Positions 10,474-19,673 of a stretch of 64,000 nt of DNA are shown here, one piece after another (position 1 is the first letter of the stretch; each line of letters opens with the position of its first letter). A program made the translations under genes and the position numbers. The stretch lies in IMG/VR virus record IMGVR_UViG_3300045049_000270; one strand, written 5' to 3'. This DNA comes from a virus. Taxonomy: Duplodnaviria; Heunggongvirae; Uroviricota; Caudoviricetes. The notes below the pieces were generated by a model. It did not search any database. It was not told where the DNA came from and was given only the letters and a program-made list of their open reading frames with translations.

Positions 10474-10788
10474 ATGAAAGTTGATATTGTTCGTACTTGC
10501 ATGCTTGCAGTTGTGGCAATTTGTTTGAGCGTGATTGTGATGTTTATGGCACAGCACGCTCATGCAAGTCCGCCATCTAAAGCAGAACAAACAGCATCAA
10601 AAGATTACTTGCGATATGCTTGTGGTCAAGTGACTGGTATGGATACCAATCGATACAAAGATTGGGTAGTAGAAGATGTAGTCGATAATAAGAATCATAC
10701 TGTTGGTTATGTTGTTTATGTTTCCAAGCATACATGTGTTTTTGACATTGACGCAGATGGACACCTGATTGCTGCCCAGATTGAGTAA
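10474..10788 (+). CDS. hypothetical secreted/membrane protein
   Basis: N-terminal hydrophobic signal-like segment. Confidence 0.65.
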   Translation: MKVDIVRTCMLAVVAICLSVIVMFMAQHAHASPPSKAEQTASKDYLRYACGQVTGMDTNRYKDWVVEDVVDNKNHTVGYVVYVSKHTCVFDIDADGHLIAAQIE

Positions 10789-10885
10789 GTGGTTCTTGCC
10801 AGTAACCACAAACTGGCAAGAAAAGCTTGTAAAGTGTAGGTAAAGCTGTACAATGTGGCAACCGTAACACAACACATAACTATAA

Positions 10886-11956
10886 ATGTCATATTTCATC
10901 CGTAACGGCAACACTTTCAGCGTTTCAGATTCCGCATCACTTGATATTCACAGCGAATTGCCAGCTGGTAATTACATCGTTCGCCAAAATCCTCAAACTG
11001 GTGCATTGTATCTGGAGATGATCGACAGTTTCACTCCCATCAGTAAGATGTACGGCGATACATCTCGCAATGCAGATCGAATCATTAACACATTCATGCA
11101 ACGCACAGTAAGCACTGGCGTTATGCTTACCGGTGAAAAGGGTAGTGGAAAGTCTTTGCTTGCTAAGACATTGTCAATCAAGTGCGCTGAGCAAGGTATT
11201 CCGACCATCGTTATCAATGCAGCATGGAAGGGTGATGGCTTCAACAAGTTCATGCAGGACATAAACCAGCCTTGTGTAGTTTTGTTCGACGAGTTTGAAA
11301 AAGTATACGATCGTGAAGATCAGGAAGAAATCCTGACTCTGCTTGATGGTGTTTTCCCCAGCAAGAAGTTATTTGTGATCACATGTAATGACAAATACCG
11401 TGTCGATTCACACATGCGTAATCGTCCGGGTCGTATCTATTACATGATCGACTTTAAAGGTTTGGCGGAATCATTCATTCGTGAATACTGCGAAGACAAC
11501 TTGGAGAACAAACAGCATATCGACAAGATTTGCTCAATTGCTTCGTTGTTCCATCAGTTCAACTTCGATATGCTGAAAGCTTTGGTCGAAGAAATGAATC
11601 GTTATGGCGAAAGTCCGCAAGATGCATTGCGTATGCTGAATGCAAGCCCAGAGTACGACAACGATGCCAAGTATGAAGTGCAACTTATCATCAACGGTAA
11701 GGAAGTTGAAGAACGTCGTATGTCTGGTGATCGTGAATGGCGTGGTAATCCTCTTTCACCTGAAGGTATCTCCATTGGTTATTACGAAGATTCCAGTGCT
11801 GATGAAGGTGATTGGGAATGGTCAACGGTTAGTTTCACATCTAGCCACCTGCAGAAAATTGATTCATCACAAAGTACATTCGTGTTTGGTGATGCCACAC
11901 GAAAGTTGATTCTGAAGAAGGTGCAACCCAAGTACTTCAACTACGATGCAGTATAA
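10886..11956 (+). CDS. AAA+ ATPase
   Basis: Walker A GEKGSGKS, Walker B VVLFDEFEK, RPGRIYY arginine finger. Confidence 0.9.
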   Translation: MSYFIRNGNTFSVSDSASLDIHSELPAGNYIVRQNPQTGALYLEMIDSFTPISKMYGDTSRNADRIINTFMQRTVSTGVMLTGEKGSGKSLLAKTLSIKCAEQGIPTIVINAAWKGDGFNKFMQDINQPCVVLFDEFEKVYDREDQEEILTLLDGVFPSKKLFVITCNDKYRVDSHMRNRPGRIYYMIDFKGLAESFIREYCEDNLENKQHIDKICSIASLFHQFNFDMLKALVEEMNRYGESPQDALRMLNASPEYDNDAKYEVQLIINGKEVEERRMSGDREWRGNPLSPEGISIGYYEDSSADEGDWEWSTVSFTSSHLQKIDSSQSTFVFGDATRKLILKKVQPKYFNYDAV

Positions 11957-12036
11957 GCAATGAACCAGGTTATGCCTGGTTCATTGCATTAGTAATTGAC
12001 TTCTGGCACAGTAGGTTCATAATAACGATCTCCAAA

Positions 12037-12114
12037 GCGCGGGTGGCTGAGTGGTCCAAAGCAACTGCCTGCAAAGCAGTAAAACCGTAGGTTCAAATCC
12101 TACCCCGCGCTCCA
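12037..12114 (+). tRNA. tRNA-Cys(GCA)
   Basis: cloverleaf, loop CT-GCA-AA, U73, CCA. Confidence 0.9.
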
Positions 12115-12130
12115 TTTAATAACAAATGCA

Positions 12131-12310
12131 ATGACACTTGAACAATTTCGAGACCAATTTAGCGGTGGACCGTGGAGTTTGACTGACTTTGCAGATGAAG
12201 CGGCAACAGTTACCGACTGTGAAGAGCTTTCATCTGCCGCAAAAGCTTTTCTGGATGCTGAAAAAGCTTTTTACAATGCACTAGATAAAGCTGGTGTTGA
12301 ACAAGGTTAA
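12131..12310 (+). CDS. small hypothetical protein
   Basis: 59-aa ORF (MTLEQFRD..) between tRNA and infA; below the ORF-track cutoff. Confidence 0.55.
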   Translation: MTLEQFRDQFSGGPWSLTDFADEAATVTDCEELSSAAKAFLDAEKAFYNALDKAGVEQG

Positions 12311-12318
12311 TGAGGAAA

Positions 12319-12540
12319 ATGGCCAAACAAGATGATGTGATTCAAATGCAGGGAGAGGTAGTTGAAAACCTACCTAATGCAATGTTCCGGGTGAAACTGG
12401 AAAACGGTCATACCGTTCTTGGGCATGCTTCGGGCAAGATTCGACAGAACTTCATTCGTATCTTACCTGGTGATAAAGTAACGATCGACATTTCACCGTA
12501 CGATATGTCAAAAGGTCGAATCACCTTCCGTCACAAATAA
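12319..12540 (+). CDS. infA: translation initiation factor IF-1
   Basis: [50 protein letters not shown]; GAGG SD. Confidence 0.97.
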   Translation: MAKQDDVIQMQGEVVENLPNAMFRVKLENGHTVLGHASGKIRQNFIRILPGDKVTIDISPYDMSKGRITFRHK

Positions 12541-12563
12541 CACCAGGCTTTTGATAGCTGGTT

Positions 12564-12606
12564 GGTGTGAAGGGGTCAACATTTTTGTTGACCCCTTCAC
12601 ACATCT
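12564..12606 (+). terminator. long hairpin after infA
   Basis: GGTGTGAAGGGGTCAAC-ATTTTT-GTTGACCCCTTCACAC. Confidence 0.75.
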
Positions 12607-12706
12607 GTAAGAAATACAGCAAAATTCCAAAAAAAAAAGTTGGTGACTGTTGGTGTGATATATGTCTAGCTATACTAGAACATTTGTACTTTCACAGGAG
12701 AGTCAA

Positions 12707-13894
12707 ATGACTACAGCACTAAGCGGAACCACGTTCAAAACTGATAATGCAATCAGTGATAATTTGGGACGAGTGTGGACTATCAGTACTGATGGCAATG
12801 GATATGTTCTTTTAAATGGCCAACGTGCTGGTGGTAGCTATAATGCCGCAATGTTATTGTGGTATGCAAACACTTTGTACCATCAAAATACATCCGGTGC
12901 ATTTTATGCATGGAATGATGCCCAGAAGACATGGTTCGCGTCAGCTGACCCTCGAACGTATCCTCTACCAAAGATGTTTTATGGTATAAACGCTCATTGG
13001 GATTTTCCTTTTAATCCGACTGGGTTGAAGAATGTAATGCTTGATATTGGTTTGACGTCAATTCGTATGACTTACGAATCATCTGATCAATCGCTTAATT
13101 CGATACTCAATTGGCTCCAAGCACTACGTGGTAGTGGTATCACATTTGTTGTTTGTATCAATTGTTCCTTTAAAGATTCGACTGGGGCATATTGGCAAAG
13201 TGAAGACGCGGCATATAACTATGCGAAATCCACTGCTGCTCATGTAGCGCAAACCCTAACTCCATATGGGGATTTCATATATGAAATGGGGAATGAATAC
13301 ACCCGAGCACCAGAAATTATCTCTAATCCAGCGTTAATGGGAACCAGCATAACTGATTTCAAACAAGGCTTCTGGCCTCAAATGCGTGGTTTGATCAGAG
13401 GTATTCACGATGGCGTAAAATCAATTGATAGCAAGAATGTCACCGCTGCTCTGTTTTGTGTGGCAGATATTGGTGCATCAGACGCTCTTTGGAACGGAAA
13501 TGAGCCCGGTGGTGCAACCGGAAAACCACAAGTGCGTTGGGACTTGACTAGTTGGCATAACTATGAAGTATACGGTGATATCTTCAATATTGCTCGTGAC
13601 GGCGATGGAACGTCACGTTTCAATTTAGTTGATTACTGTGATAAGGCTTACGGTGTTCCATTCATCATTACTGAATGGGGTGGTTTGCCTGAACAGTCTG
13701 ACGCTGATCAGGCGGCATATTACACGAAATTCCTCACTGAGGTTTATAGCAACCGCAGCCGGGGCAATGGTATCAAATCGGTTATGTTGTATCAGATGCT
13801 TGGGTCCTGGGGAATTACGAATGATAGCTATACACTGAACTTCAATGCACGCTACGGTGCGTTGAAAAGCTTCGTCAAATCGAATGTTGACTAA
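12707..13894 (+). CDS. glycoside hydrolase (clan GH-A-like TIM barrel) with N-terminal accessory domain
   Basis: YEMGNE acid/base and IITEWG nucleophile motifs, SWHNY; AGGAG SD. Confidence 0.75.
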   Translation: MTTALSGTTFKTDNAISDNLGRVWTISTDGNGYVLLNGQRAGGSYNAAMLLWYANTLYHQNTSGAFYAWNDAQKTWFASADPRTYPLPKMFYGINAHWDFPFNPTGLKNVMLDIGLTSIRMTYESSDQSLNSILNWLQALRGSGITFVVCINCSFKDSTGAYWQSEDAAYNYAKSTAAHVAQTLTPYGDFIYEMGNEYTRAPEIISNPALMGTSITDFKQGFWPQMRGLIRGIHDGVKSIDSKNVTAALFCVADIGASDALWNGNEPGGATGKPQVRWDLTSWHNYEVYGDIFNIARDGDGTSRFNLVDYCDKAYGVPFIITEWGGLPEQSDADQAAYYTKFLTEVYSNRSRGNGIKSVMLYQMLGSWGITNDSYTLNFNARYGALKSFVKSNVD

Positions 13895-13998
13895 TAACTA
13901 ATGCAAACATGAAACCCGGCTAGTAGCCGGGTTTCATTCTAGGCTTGACTGTAATCACTTGGCATCGTATAGTAAGAGCATGATGAATTTGGGAGAAC

Positions 13999-14277
13999 GT
14001 GATGGATCTTCGTGCTGGTGGATTTACGATGAATGTGATGATCATCAACTTCGAGAACTGGGATGGTACTATCGTCATTGCTACTCCACCTGAAACAATG
14101 TCGACAGATGAGGCCAATGCAGCCGCTGAACGCATTTACGACAAAGTGGAAGCCGCAAGAGACGGGAATTATGTCGTCTACGCAGACGGTCAGTTCAATC
14201 TCCGTGAAGCTATTTTGAATGAGCTCGAAGCGATTGGCGCCGCTGTTATTGCTGACAAGGGCGATTATCGTTTTTAA
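13999..14277 (+). CDS. hypothetical protein
   Basis: 92-aa ORF. Confidence 0.6.
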   Translation: MMDLRAGGFTMNVMIINFENWDGTIVIATPPETMSTDEANAAAERIYDKVEAARDGNYVVYADGQFNLREAILNELEAIGAAVIADKGDYRF

Positions 14278-14380
14278 AAGTGGTTACCTAGGTGAATAAA
14301 TCGCTTGACTGTAGATGAGTATTGCCATAGAATAGCAGCATGGGTTGTAGAGCAGAGCAACAGGGTGAAAGTTTCGGATC

Positions 14381-14630
14381 CATTAGTGTTTAATGCATTA
14401 AACGTGGTAGTCTAGACGGTCACTGGGGAACGTGCCTGGGAAGCCGAGACAGAGGGATCATTATCCCTGACTATCACGCTTAATACATTAATGAAGCTTT
14501 TGTAAGACTCACCGATGCGCTGGCATCCAAACTGAAAGTCAAACCTCACGATCAAGTGTAAAACGATCATTTGCACTGAGGCTGAGTTTTAGCGCATGAT
14601 GCTGCAAGTTGGTGAGCCTTCCAAAAGCTT
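14381..14630 (+). ncRNA. two-domain structured RNA with pseudoknot, unassigned
   Basis: helices 14403-12/14469-78, 14494-502/14622-30, 14508-16/14608-16; crossing GCGCT/AGCGC and GCATC/GATGC. Confidence 0.6.
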
Positions 14631-14640
14631 TACAAGTTTT

Positions 14641-14715
14641 GGGCCCTTTGGCACGGTGCTGTGGGAGATGAAAGTCTTGCCGCTGATGGAGGTTCGATTC
14701 CTCTGGGGTCCACCA
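14641..14715 (+). ncRNA. anticodon-less tRNA-like RNA with Ala identity
   Basis: acceptor GGGCCCT/GGGGTCC with G3.U70, A73, CCA; T arm; GAAA-capped helix instead of anticodon arm. Confidence 0.75.
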
Positions 14716-14729
14716 GTTTTGTAGTATAA

Positions 14730-14840
14730 GGATGAGTTCAGCAATTACTGGTCAATCGGGCAAGCGTAGAGTTCGATTCTCTACCTAGGTTGAAAGACCT
14801 AGTCGCCAAGTGGTAAGGCGCCCGACTTAAAAGTTCATCC
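14730..14840 (+). ncRNA. YrlA-type Y RNA (permuted tRNA domain)
   Basis: GGATGAGTTCAGCAA..TTCATCC terminal stem; T arm, loop-closed acceptor stem CTAGGT/ACCTAG, D arm in that order. Confidence 0.8.
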
Positions 14841-15061
14841 TGTTTAAAAGTTTCAAGAAGTGGCAATAAAGTGCTTGACGTAAGGTTGCCATAGCAGTAG
14901 ACTAGAGTTAAGGTAGTTAGGTCTGCACTAGATGTTTGAAGCTAGTGACGAGTGAGAGTTAAAAGACCTAGTGTTTCAGCGCTCAACAAGCTGAGACTTA
15001 GCGCAAAAGTTGCCAGTATTGCTATGCGCTAAATCTGAATATTGGAAGAATTTAAGGTTTT

Positions 15062-15111
15062 GGATGCCTACAGCAATTACCTACACTTGCTATGTGACCA
15101 AAGGTGCATCC
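15062..15111 (+). ncRNA. mini Y-RNA-like stem
   Basis: GGATGCCTACAGCAA..GCATCC. Confidence 0.65.
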
Positions 15112-15122
15112 AGTTAGTTTTA

Positions 15123-15256
15123 GGATCCTTACAGCAATCTATAGGCTAAGGAATCTGGTGTCGCAAGACGTGAAGGTTCGAGTCCTTCTGATCCACCCTT
15201 AAAAGTGGATTATGGCGAAATTGGTAGACGCGCTAGACAATGTGAAAATAGGATCC
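15123..15256 (+). ncRNA. YrlA-type Y RNA (Leu-like permuted tRNA domain)
   Basis: GGATCCTTACAGCAA..GGATCC; variable arm and T arm, closed acceptor TGATCCAC/GTGGATTA, D arm TGGCGAAATTGGTAGACGC. Confidence 0.8.
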
Positions 15257-15281
15257 TGTTGTTTTTGAATTAACCATGTAG

Positions 15282-15348
15282 TTCCTCCTGTAGTTGTTTA
15301 CCATCGGCGACGGGCCCCGGCAACGGGGCCCTTAGTCGTTCTACAGTC
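15282..15348 (+). ncRNA. anti-SD-containing sRNA candidate 1
   Basis: TTCCTCCTG-T-AGTTGTTTACC followed by a GC-rich hairpin; motif repeated at 16930. Confidence 0.5.
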
Positions 15349-15365
15349 GAAAAATAAATAACAAC

Positions 15366-15839
15366 ATGACTGCGTTAGTAAAATATCCACCCTGCTTCTT
15401 TAAGAAGCCTGCTCATCTTGAGCAACCCTCCATCTTTCTTGCTGGTACCATAGAAATGGGCAACAGCGATGACTGGCAGCAAATTGCTATCGATCGTTTG
15501 ATGGTCAATGCAAGCGTGATCTACAACCCACGGCGATCAGACTGGGATGCTTCGTGGACACAGGAAATCGACAGTCCAGAATTCAATTCCCAAGTAAATT
15601 GGGAACTTGATCACATCAATTCGTCTGATATTGTGGTAATGTATTTTGCGCCTGGTACGAAGTCACCAATCACATTACTTGAACTTGGTATTATCGCAGC
15701 AAGTAATCCTGGTAAGTTGCATGTCTGTTGCCCAGAAGGATATTGGCGAAAGGGTAATGTTGATATTGTTTGCAATCGTTATGGCGTTCGTACATATGAA
15801 AGCCTTGATGTTTTGCTTGATTACATTAGTGAAATGTGA
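15366..15839 (+). CDS. nucleoside 2-deoxyribosyltransferase-like protein
   Basis: SIFLAGTI..DWQQ..YNPRR..WELDHI..SPITLLELG. Confidence 0.88.
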   Translation: MTALVKYPPCFFKKPAHLEQPSIFLAGTIEMGNSDDWQQIAIDRLMVNASVIYNPRRSDWDASWTQEIDSPEFNSQVNWELDHINSSDIVVMYFAPGTKSPITLLELGIIAASNPGKLHVCCPEGYWRKGNVDIVCNRYGVRTYESLDVLLDYISEM

Positions 15840-16052
15840 GAAATCAAATGAGTCTTTATACCATCTTTATGCTTTGGACTGGCATTGTAGTCCGATGGAT
15901 GTTTAATCCATTCTAAGTTTGAATCATTATTCGATAAATAATATTGACTGGCATAATCCAATTATGTAAAGTCATCATCTGAGCGCAATGCTCAAACCAC
16001 AGCATTATAAACAAATGACGCCTATGCTGTCGTCAGTATTAAGGACATCAAA

Positions 16053-16880
16053 ATGTTCAAAGAAAATCTAGTCGTGGCCATCAAAGCCAACAATAAGGTT
16101 CTCCGTGAGTTCAAGGACGCAACCTACATTCCATTCGGATCTGAATATTCAATCTTGATCAAGAACTTGGACACTCGTCGTGCTATGGTTCGAGTATCAA
16201 TCGACGGTACTGATGCAACAGAAGGTGTGTCACTTATCGTCAATGCGAATAGTGAGATCGAGCTTGAACGTTTCATTCGAAACGGCAATTTAAAGGAAGG
16301 TAACAAGTTCAAGTTCATTGAACGTACAGCAAACATTGAGAAGCATCGTGGTTCCAAGGTAGATGATGGATTCATCCGTGTCGAATATCAGTTCGAAGCA
16401 GTATATAATTGGAACAATATCAATACTTGGTATACTGGGTCTTCAATACAACCAACTCTGTATGGGCAACCTACCTGGACCACAACCAGCAATCACGCAA
16501 CGTTGAATAATTCAGTTCTTCGTAGCGCGGTGAATAATGTATCGATGGCTTCTTCGGCAGCAACCGCCACTACGTTGACATCAAATTCAACTGAAGCACC
16601 TACTGCTGCCTATTCAGCACAAGCTTCAGTTCAAAACGATGTTGGTATTACTGTTCCTGGTGCTAAGAGCGAACAAACGTTCCAGACATCATATGGTTTT
16701 CAAGTTGAATCAACTAAGCACGTGATTACGCTGAAGCTGTTGGGTGAAAGCCCAGAGGGCAAGAAAGTTGAAGCTCCTGTTACAGTGAAAGCAAAGCCCG
16801 TCTGCACAACATGTGGTAGAACGAACCAAGCGACTGCTAAATTTTGCAGCGAATGTGGTACAGCACTTACCTTGTTCTAA
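16053..16880 (+). CDS. hypothetical protein with C-terminal zinc ribbon
   Basis: CTTCG..FCSECG; S/T-rich linker. Confidence 0.8.
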   Translation: MFKENLVVAIKANNKVLREFKDATYIPFGSEYSILIKNLDTRRAMVRVSIDGTDATEGVSLIVNANSEIELERFIRNGNLKEGNKFKFIERTANIEKHRGSKVDDGFIRVEYQFEAVYNWNNINTWYTGSSIQPTLYGQPTWTTTSNHATLNNSVLRSAVNNVSMASSAATATTLTSNSTEAPTAAYSAQASVQNDVGITVPGAKSEQTFQTSYGFQVESTKHVITLKLLGESPEGKKVEAPVTVKAKPVCTTCGRTNQATAKFCSECGTALTLF

Positions 16881-16929
16881 AAAGTTCTTGACTGCTTAGA
16901 CGAATAGTCGTAGTATATGACTTAACACT

Positions 16930-17000
16930 TTCCTCCTGAAAGTTGTTTACCTGGCGAAAGCGCCCCGAATGATCGAAAGATTGTTTGGGGCGCCTAGCCA
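16930..17000 (+). ncRNA. anti-SD-containing sRNA candidate 2
   Basis: TTCCTCCTG-AA-AGTTGTTTACC then GCGCCCC/GGGGCGC hairpin; TTGACT..TAGTAT promoter just upstream. Confidence 0.55.
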
Positions 17001-17106
17001 TCTGGTGTTTGGACTGGTGAAGTGGTTAAGTCAGCTTGACTGAAATGGCGCGCCAATACACACTCTTAGTTGTTTCATTCTTTAAAAACAACTTTAGGAG
17101 AACACC

Positions 17107-17892
17107 TTGTTCGAAGCCCTATTTGCTAGTGCGATTGCCTTTTCACTCTTCGAATGGATCGCACTTGCCGTAGCTTTTGTGTTCATTGTTCTTTCGATCA
17201 GTGTCTACGCAGAAGATGCGTTTGGATTGTCGTTCTTTACGATGCTGCTTTGTTTTGTGGCGATTGGTTATGTTTACCATCAGCCACTCATCGCGTACTT
17301 CCATTCCACTTCACTTATCCATGCCATTATGGAGCCGATTGCATTGTATCTTGCTATTGGTGTCGGTGTGTCGTTTGTGAATTGGATTTTGTTCTGTATG
17401 CATGTGAAGACACGATACCGCAATATGATATTGCCGTATTTGACGGATTCAGATGCTTTTCAAAAATACGCAAACGCTGTTATCAAGAATTTGAATGATG
17501 GTCGTCCTACGCCAATTGATCCTCTAACGGTAACAGATGATTTTATTCGTCGTGTGCTTCAATTAGACATTGCTGCCAATAACAAGGATCATATCTTTGG
17601 CCGTTCGTATAAAGTGAATACGATGTTTGATCTTTATTCACTAAAGCACGAACAATCGATCTTAAGTGTTGAAGATACTATTGCCAAGAAGATGGCGGAG
17701 CTTTTTCCGCCGAAGACATTACGCGGTAAGGCTATTCTCGCAAGCGCGGTTTTCGAATGGCCGATCACAATTCTCTCAATCCTGTTTTCACGCTTCCTGA
17801 CGGTGATCGTAGATAAGGTGATCTTTGTTTCGCGTAAGTTCATCGATCTCGTATCACACGTTGCATTTGGTTCGCACGAAATCAAGCTGTAA
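17107..17892 (+). CDS. membrane protein
   Basis: TTG start after TAGGAG; several hydrophobic segments. Confidence 0.75.
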   Translation: MFEALFASAIAFSLFEWIALAVAFVFIVLSISVYAEDAFGLSFFTMLLCFVAIGYVYHQPLIAYFHSTSLIHAIMEPIALYLAIGVGVSFVNWILFCMHVKTRYRNMILPYLTDSDAFQKYANAVIKNLNDGRPTPIDPLTVTDDFIRRVLQLDIAANNKDHIFGRSYKVNTMFDLYSLKHEQSILSVEDTIAKKMAELFPPKTLRGKAILASAVFEWPITILSILFSRFLTVIVDKVIFVSRKFIDLVSHVAFGSHEIKL

Positions 17893-17958
17893 GCAGTTGG
17901 TAGTGACAACGAAGGCTACTGTAGTAAGTGGCCTTCGTTCCCTATATAGGGTATTCTG

Positions 17959-18303
17959 ATGCACCTGATACACATTAAACAAGCCATACACAACCCGGAG
18001 GTAGTTCGTGAAATACTCACATGGTTGATTGGCCATGTAGGTGATAAACAGTGCAAAATGCGCGCCAATAGAGCTGATAAAAACGTTAGTAGCTAGTGTC
18101 TGTTAGCCGCCGAAGTGACTCAATTCACGAATTGGTTTCATGTTGAGAAAATAAATGATATCCATCGCATTGAAGGATATGGATGGAAATTGTATGACTG
18201 TACTATGCAACGAACATGGATTGGCGTCATTTCACACAACGTCCACATTCAGATTGAAGATTCAATTCTCGCCGTTCAATTCAAACTCACATTTTTGAAT
18301 TAA
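17959..18303 (+). pseudogene. AxxFKL-family gene with one in-frame TAG
   Basis: continuous frame from ATG 17959 to LAVQFKLTFLN*, TAG at 18094-18096. Confidence 0.55.
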
Positions 18304-18305
18304 TT

Positions 18306-18764
18306 ATGACTTTCATTTTTCGTGTTAATTGGGATTACGATCTTGATACTGATCTAATGGAACGAATGATTGATTGGCTGTCAAAGCAAATTGGATCAAC
18401 CAATAATGCACGCATAACTGCCCATTATGGATCAAAAATTTGGGCTTCTGGCGGTCTATTTTCTGATCGGTTTAATTCAAAGTTAAAAGAGGATTATGCA
18501 TCTTGGGTGAAATTAGAAAATCATTATAAACAGTATATTCAAGAACTACTTCATGATCGGTTTAAAAACCCAATGAGCATTGATGGCGTTTCTGATCTAA
18601 GTCAGGCGACTTGTAATGAGTGGACGATTTCAAGAATAGAACTATTACATTCAGATAAAGATTCATTTCGGGATACTGATGATTTGATCTTCTATGTGGT
18701 GACTGTGAAAGATGATCCGTGTGATGCCTTGATGACCATGTTCAAACTACAAGAGATGGAATAA
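18306..18764 (+). CDS. hypothetical, AxxFKL paralog family
   Basis: MIDWLSKQIG N-terminal motif, DALMTMFKL C-terminus. Confidence 0.7.
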   Translation: MTFIFRVNWDYDLDTDLMERMIDWLSKQIGSTNNARITAHYGSKIWASGGLFSDRFNSKLKEDYASWVKLENHYKQYIQELLHDRFKNPMSIDGVSDLSQATCNEWTISRIELLHSDKDSFRDTDDLIFYVVTVKDDPCDALMTMFKLQEME

Positions 18765-18909
18765 TATTGCATTTCTCTATGGAAGGCGTAAAATGGCATA
18801 CGGTTAATAAACCTTCGTGATTGATTGAAGTTATCTACGTCGTCAATGTGTAGAAAATTTTAACAAAGTTGTTGACTTGTTTGGTAACTCTGTTAGAATA
18901 GATGTTTTA

Positions 18910-19106
18910 GGATTGTTACAGCAAGCCAAAATTACTTAATCCGGCGTTGCTTCATGATCCATGTGCTGGCTTAAATGCTAAGACCGAAAGGTCGTGTGTG
19001 GAGTGCGATGAAGATAGTGTCCATAGAATATGGAATAGTGCTCGTAGAAACGAGATCGACCAAGGAAGATCCTGGCCTTGAATCGATAGTAGGGAGACCA
19101 CAATCC
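18910..19106 (+). ncRNA. large Y-stem-capped structured RNA A
   Basis: GGATTGTTACAGCAA..ACAATCC; internal GATAGTGTCCATAG motif and hairpins. Confidence 0.7.
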
Positions 19107-19147
19107 TGGTGGTTTCAAAGCACTGGCTTTTGGATAGTTAGGTGTTT

Positions 19148-19431
19148 GGATGGGTACAGCAATAAACTTTCTAATATAGAAAGCCGTTGAATGCTTTCAC
19201 CTTTTAGGTGAAAGCTGATGTAACGGATAGTGTCCATAGCGAATATGTGGCGTTGGGCTCGTAGACGAAATGCGCGAGATAGGCACGTAGAATACGTGAT
19301 AGTTTGGTGGGTGTACGCTTGTTGATAAGGTCTTCCGCTGGCATTATGAAATTTTTGTCAGTACGTGAAGGATAAGGCAGCTTGCTATGTAGACCAAACG
19401 ATAAACAAAAAACTGCATGCACAATCCATCC
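19148..19431 (+). ncRNA. large Y-stem-capped structured RNA B
   Basis: GGATGGGTACAGCAA..TCCATCC; same GATAGTGTCCATAG motif and hairpin order. Confidence 0.7.
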
Positions 19432-19460
19432 TGTTTGAAACTCTTAGCAAATTGATTCAA

Positions 19461-19471
19461 TTTGCTAAATA
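19461..19471 (+). promoter_or_regulatory. TTTGCTAAATA motif (possible late promoter)
   Basis: identical 11-mer also at 23643, 23736 and 23878; lies upstream of tRNA-Thr. Confidence 0.5.
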
Positions 19472-19494
19472 GAAATGTAGTTGTAATCAAGTAC

Positions 19495-19568
19495 GCCCTG
19501 TTAGTTTAATGGTAGAACAGTTGACTTGTAATCATCAGACGATAGTTCGATTCTGTCACGGGGCACCA
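19495..19568 (+). tRNA. tRNA-Thr(TGT)
   Basis: cloverleaf, CT-TGT-AA, CCA. Confidence 0.9.
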
Positions 19569-19673
19569 CTGATCAAGTTTTAAAAGCGGCCTAAAAGGCC
19601 GCTTTTTCATTTCCGGCGAACCTAGACTTCCCATTCATATGAATGTATAATGAAGTCTCATATAGGAGAGGAA

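Noticed and set aside
14494-14715. Canonical or two-piece tmRNA
   Set aside because: Strand order does not fit a permuted tmRNA and no ANDxxxxLAA-type tag frame is present.
19360-19372. Sarcin-ricin-loop-like AGTACGTGAAGGA
   Set aside because: It has an extra base relative to AGUA-C-GNRA-G-GA and no convincing closing helix.
18910-19431. Group I intron or RNase P assignment from the GATAGTGTCC motif
   Set aside because: No P7 partner (GACUA), no exon context, and no RNase P P4 pairing found.
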